From Planctomycetota bacterium (lineage in GTDB: Bacteria > Planctomycetota > SZUA-567 > H5-PLA8), in assembly GCA_038227875.1 (NCBI GenBank), contig JBBRPR010000094.1, positions 1-22,692 on the forward strand: 22,692 nt of DNA, in the 5' to 3' direction. The position numbers were made by a program, and so were the translations under genes. The notes under the pieces were generated by a model, which searched no databases, was not told the origin of the DNA, and saw only the letters and a program-made list of their open reading frames with translations. Shown here in pieces: positions 19,142 through 22,692 of this stretch. How positions within the stretch are numbered: the first letter of the stretch is position 1; each line of letters starts with the position of its first letter.

Positions 19142-19329
19142 GTCCGGCTAAAAGTGGTCGGTACTGCAACGGCTTGTCTTCGGCGTTCTCCGGGGCTGTG
19201 GAGGGTTTGGAGGGCGGACTGGCATTTTGGTCCAATTTGGGGGCGATTGTGCTTCCAGGCGGGCTGGGAACGCGTATTTGAGGGGCTGGAAGCGCGGCCG
19301 TTGTTGTTACCGACAACTTTTAGCCGGAC
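19142..19329. mobile_element. MITE-like element of 188 bp with 32-33-bp imperfect terminal inverted repeats
   Basis: GTCCGGCTAAAAGTGGTCGGTACTGCAACGGC (19142-19173) vs reverse complement of 19297-19329, GTCCGGCTAAAAGTTGTCGGTAACAACAACGGC; no transposase ORF inside. Confidence 0.65.
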
Positions 19330-19627
19330 AGAGGAGGAGCTTGGAGAACGGGTGTTGGGCGCATAACGACGTCATCGCGGATTTTCCTATAGTATCTACG
19401 CGATCGAGAAACGCAAAAGCCACGTAAAATCTTTAAAATTCGTGTGTAAAAGTTAAGTATTTTTTGAGTTTTAAGGAGTTATGAGAATTCGTTCATCACG
19501 TTTTCATTGTGCATCATTCTTTCCTGAGGCGCGCTGGCGTGTGCTCGGCGCTGCGGTCGTGGCGATTGAGAAAGTGTCCTTATATATAAGCAACTCTCGA
19601 CACTGAAAATCAAGGGAAATCTGGCGG

Positions 19628-19747
19628 ATGAGCTAATTTGAGCAGGAATGAGAGCGAATGATAGCAAATGAGCTGAAATGAGCGTGTTTGAGCAGGAATG
19701 AGCGTAAATGAGCACGTTTGAGCGTGAATGAGCGTGTTTGAGCGGGT
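19628..19747. repeat. Array of 12 decamers, consensus WTGAGCnnnn, exact 10-bp period
   Basis: atgagctaat ttgagcagga atgagagcga atgatagcaa atgagctgaa atgagcgtgt ttgagcagga atgagcgtaa atgagcacgt ttgagcgtga atgagcgtgt ttgagcgggt. Confidence 0.92.
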
Positions 19748-19812
19748 GGCACGAATTGGGGGTTGGGTAGCACGCGGGGAAAGGAGGTTGTGCCGGCGAG
19801 AAGCTTTTGGGT

Positions 19813-20136
19813 CTAGCGGCGAAGAACGTGCATCCTGAAGCATCCGTTCGGACACCGTATGAAACCGCCTGAATCTACCGTCCTTGCCCCGCAATCCCGA
19901 CACAACCCTTGCTTGCACCCAAGCCAATCGTAGCGATCGGAAATCACGAAGCCGATACCGAAACGCGCAAGGATTTTCGGAATCGCGTTGATGCGTTCAA
20001 GCTTCAGGTGCAAGTATTCGGTGCGCGTGAGTCCCGCCTGTAGCACTTCGTCATTACGAGGGAACCATCTCACCCACGGCTCAATGTCGGGTGCACCCTC
20101 AATAACCGCCTTAAGATAGGATAGCTGTTCCTGCAT
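19813..20136 (-). CDS. Hypothetical protein with C-terminal zinc ribbon
   Basis: From ATG 20136, 107 aa; CRDCG…CPNGC. Confidence 0.6.
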   Translation of the reverse strand: MQEQLSYLKAVIEGAPDIEPWVRWFPRNDEVLQAGLTRTEYLHLKLERINAIPKILARFGIGFVISDRYDWLGCKQGLCRDCGARTVDSGGFIRCPNGCFRMHVLRR

Positions 20137-20225
20137 GCCACTTGAACATATCAGCCCAAGACGCCGTGTGAAAGCGAAGTAGAATTCCACGGATCTATTT
20201 GGGTGGAAATCGCGACGGAGTGAAA

Positions 20226-20660
20226 ATGTTACGGATTTTGAAAAGCGATCGCTTAACACCGCCAAAACTTAATGACCCCTGGTTGGCAGAACTGGGTCAA
20301 GCATTTGACGCGGAGCGGATTGAACGTATCAGCCGGTATGGAAAGCTGTTGTTTGCTGGAGAGGATAACATTCGAGCACTAGACACGGTATTTGTATGGG
20401 GGCATCCGGAGCGTTTTATTCGTACTATGTTTATGGAAAATTGTGGTTGCGCCTTGACCGTTTGGGAAGGAGCGCGAAAAAAAGCCCGACGGCCTATTTT
20501 AGAACAGCGATCTTTCACGTTGCCAGTTAATTCGGAGTTGGTTCTGTCAACTTTTGAGCGTTGCGCGAAAGCGGCCAGCGAGTTCAACGACTGGGTTCGG
20601 TACCCGTTGCTTGCCCGCGAAATTATGTTGAACTGGAAGGGTATTGCAGATGAATGGTAG
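20226..20660 (+). CDS. Hypothetical protein (AT-richer accessory gene)
   Basis: ATG 20226 with GGAG 5 nt upstream; 144 aa. Confidence 0.65.
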   Translation: MLRILKSDRLTPPKLNDPWLAELGQAFDAERIERISRYGKLLFAGEDNIRALDTVFVWGHPERFIRTMFMENCGCALTVWEGARKKARRPILEQRSFTLPVNSELVLSTFERCAKAASEFNDWVRYPLLAREIMLNWKGIADEW

Positions 20661-20749
20661 TGTTAAGAATTGCGCTCTAATTTTCATGCTGTGAAAACTA
20701 TGGACGGAGTTCGTGGCTTCGCGAGAAATGATTAAAGGGAGAGTGCACC

Positions 20750-21136
20750 GTGGCTAAAGTCGATAAAGTTGCCCTGGATACTTTTGGTGAAATATTGATG
20801 CAAAGAGTACGAGACAAGGCCATAGAACAGTGGGATATGGCGATGACAGGCAAGATGAAGGATTCGTCGTCAAAAAAGTTCTTTGAACGTGTGTCGCAAC
20901 TATCTGAGAGAGAAAAAGAAATGATCCGCGTGTTGATACCGAGTGTCGTTGACACCACATTGCATCACCTGTTGTGGACCCTTGATCAGGTAGACGAAAG
21001 CATTCAAATCGCAGTTCAGACTCCGATTGGAAATGTGAATAACCTCAATGAGGTTAGCGATGGTTTGGCCGGAGAACTGCCGACTGAGAATGGATGGATC
21101 GGACGATTTAGCAACCAGCGTGACGTAAGTTTCTGA
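20750..21136 (+). CDS. Small helical protein, candidate polymorphic-toxin immunity protein
   Basis: GTG start after GGGAGAG; motifs LD.FG..LM..VRD and SDGLAGEL…GWI.RFS recall small proteins found after toxin genes (recollection, not searched). Confidence 0.7.
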   Translation: MAKVDKVALDTFGEILMQRVRDKAIEQWDMAMTGKMKDSSSKKFFERVSQLSEREKEMIRVLIPSVVDTTLHHLLWTLDQVDESIQIAVQTPIGNVNNLNEVSDGLAGELPTENGWIGRFSNQRDVSF

Positions 21137-21270
21137 TCGCGTCGAAAGCAGAAAGTCATCGGCATTTTTGAGTGATGCCTTAGAACATATGCTCGGGATT
21201 TTCGTGGGTCTCGGCGATGCCGCTCCTTTTGGAGCAGATGTCGCGATGGCGAGGGGGCGCGCACGGTCTG

Positions 21271-21362
21271 GCACCCCTCCGGGGTGCGGATGCATGGGGT
21301 GACGTTTCCGGGGGTGTCGCTGCGCTCAACCCCCGGCTAATTTCTATGAACCCTCCGGGTTC
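21271..21362. repeat. Multi-hairpin palindromic (REP-like) element, copy 1
   Basis: GCACCCC-TCC-GGGGTGC, CCGGGGGT…ACCCCCGG and GAACCC-TCC-GGGTTC hairpins; 21308-21362 matches 22144-22198 at 54/55. Confidence 0.9.
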
Positions 21363-21594
21363 AAAAGAGGCGGGCGCTTCGCGCTTTGATTTTTCGTTCT
21401 GTTTCTGGAAGTGTTCGTCGACTTGGCGCTCGTTCCAAACGTCAGTGAGCGCAATGGCACTTGTCTCAACGGCAAGACCAGTGGCACCCAATCCTCCAGT
21501 GCAAGCTGCTTGGAGGATGTCTTTCGATGGACGCCTGCCACCCGCATGCGGAAGATCGAAGCCGGAAACGAGCAAGGATTGAGATTCGGAAGCC

Positions 21595-22101
21595 ATGTCT
21601 CTGCTGAGAGAACTAAAGAAAGCCCGACCGGACGCGATAAGGCTCAAACTAGACTCGCATTCCGTCTACCGCTTTGATGACGTAACTCCAGCTCATACCC
21701 ATGTATCCATTCTGAAATTGAGAAATCCGAAATGGATCGTTCAACTTACCTCGCGTGATAGCTATTGCGATGACCTTGCGATATTTCTATTGGAACAGAT
21801 TGATCGACTCAAAATGAATAATCTTTATCCGGATCGTCTTTCAGTAACGAATGTGACATATCCCGCCCCATGGAAATTTGAGACTGTCGTTGTCGTCCCT
21901 CCGCTGATATGGAATGGGTTTAAAAATAAGTCTGCTGCTCTAACTGCGGCCACTTTTTGGGCCGTTCCTGCATTCGCCTCCGACTTTTTAGATGGTAACG
22001 ACGGCAAGGCGTTTCGGCATCAACTGTGCCGCAAAGATGGATGGCGAATTCATCCGATAGACTGGAATCGAGAACGAAAGACATCGAAGAAATACGACTG
22101 A
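21595..22101 (+). CDS. Hypothetical protein (AT-richer accessory gene)
   Basis: 168-aa ORF with ATG start, between the two REP-like copies. Confidence 0.7.
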   Translation: MSLLRELKKARPDAIRLKLDSHSVYRFDDVTPAHTHVSILKLRNPKWIVQLTSRDSYCDDLAIFLLEQIDRLKMNNLYPDRLSVTNVTYPAPWKFETVVVVPPLIWNGFKNKSAALTAATFWAVPAFASDFLDGNDGKAFRHQLCRKDGWRIHPIDWNRERKTSKKYD

Positions 22102-22143
22102 CGGATACTGTCGACGGGCGTGCGGATTTCTTCGTGCGGCGAA

Positions 22144-22198
22144 CCGGGGGTGTCGCCGCGCTCAACCCCCGGCTAATTTCTATGAACCCTCCGGGTTC
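22144..22198. repeat. Multi-hairpin palindromic (REP-like) element, copy 2 (lacks the first hairpin)
   Basis: Direct repeat of 21308-21362 with one mismatch. Confidence 0.9.
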
Positions 22199-22228
22199 TG
22201 AACGGACGGCTTTTACAAAAAGGGGATT

Positions 22229-22570
22229 ATGGAACTGCACTTCTCAGACTTTGTTGGAGAGCGCTTGCGCCGCATGAGCTGGGACACGTCACGGAAAATT
22301 GATATTGCCCAAATTGTTGATTACTTTGAGGCCCGAGGATTACATTTGAACGAACTGGCAAGGGCGGTTTGGGAAAGTTTTGGTGGTATGAAGTTCAGTA
22401 TTCCAGAAGGCGGCTTGCCATCATTGGTATTCGACCCCAAGGCGTGTATTGAGTTTCTTCTTGCGGACAAATTAAGACTGCTGGAGAGAAGCCTCGGCGA
22501 ACCTTTAAGTCCGATTGCCGCGGGCGGTGGGTTTCAACTTTTCGTTACTCCTAGCCTGAATATTGCATGA
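22229..22570 (+). pseudogene. SUKH-3-like immunity protein, probably C-terminally truncated by an insertion
   Basis: Pattern FS..V…L….W…R.ID…A….. FGG…FDP…LGEPL.PI; ends at 113 aa right after the LFVT strand, where the IS-like sequence begins. Confidence 0.6.
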
Positions 22571-22692
22571 AATCAGTTGTGTGAGGCTCCTGGTTTGCTT
22601 GCAAATTGTTTATCGAAGACAATTTCCAGCAACCAGGAGTGCCTCACACATGGCTCAGTCTGTCCCGCAAGTTGCAGAAATCCAGAGGGTTC
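22551..22692 (+). mobile_element. Probable left end of an insertion sequence (IS4-like); boundary approximate
   Basis: Long hairpin 22578-22650 covering SD AGGAG and the A of ATG; appears to interrupt the upstream gene. Confidence 0.45.
22650..22692 (+). CDS. 5' end of a CDS (MAQSVPQVAEIQRV…), probable transposase
   Basis: ATG 22650 with AGGAG at 22635-22639; runs off the window, only 14 codons visible. Confidence 0.45.
   Translation, partial: MAQSVPQVAEIQRV

Noticed and set aside
19628..19747. CRISPR interpretation of the decamer or heptamer arrays
   Set aside because: Units are far too short, with no spacers of CRISPR length and no cas genes
19029..19927. Short ORFs over the MITE-like element and decamer array
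   Set aside because: Low-complexity translations of repeats with no RBS or family motifs
21180..21677. ORFs 21180-21647, 21217-21582 and 21411-21677 as genes or toxin remnants
   Set aside because: They run through the palindromic repeat or overlap the next gene, and show no recognisable toxin motif
20660..22229. Integron attC sites between the accessory genes
   Set aside because: No RYYYAAC…GTTRRRY-bounded hairpins found after the stops, and no integrase in the window

Overview
GC-rich bacterial chromosomal segment. Gene content suggests Planctomycetota (inference): soluble Hanks kinases, short UvrC, PhyH pair, HtrA-like pair. 1-5.5 kb (+): two PhyH-family dioxygenases, an HNH endonuclease, a sugar-phosphate isomerase/epimerase, a TPR-like membrane protein and an alpha/beta hydrolase. 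5.5-18.8 kb (-), in transcription order: small protein, a double-domain HtrA-like pseudoprotease coupled to an intact HtrA-like protease, two Ser/Thr kinases with tandem MshEN-like (c-di-GMP-binding-type) motifs (one apparently starting at CTG), SAM methyltransferase, uvrC, a hypothetical, a fused small-protein/nucleotidyltransferase, an M16 protease and a small membrane protein. 18.8-22.7 kb is accessory: a MITE-like element, a strictly 10-bp-phased array, AT-richer orphan genes including a SUKH-3-like immunity gene, 55-bp palindromic repeats and a probable IS end. Intergenic regions carry five unrelated 7-bp tandem-repeat families, several arranged as mirrored hairpins. Best candidates for a new system: the MshEN-kinase/pseudoprotease-protease cluster, the heptamer-hairpin elements and the orphan immunity-like array. 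All family calls come from motif recognition by eye, without database searches.
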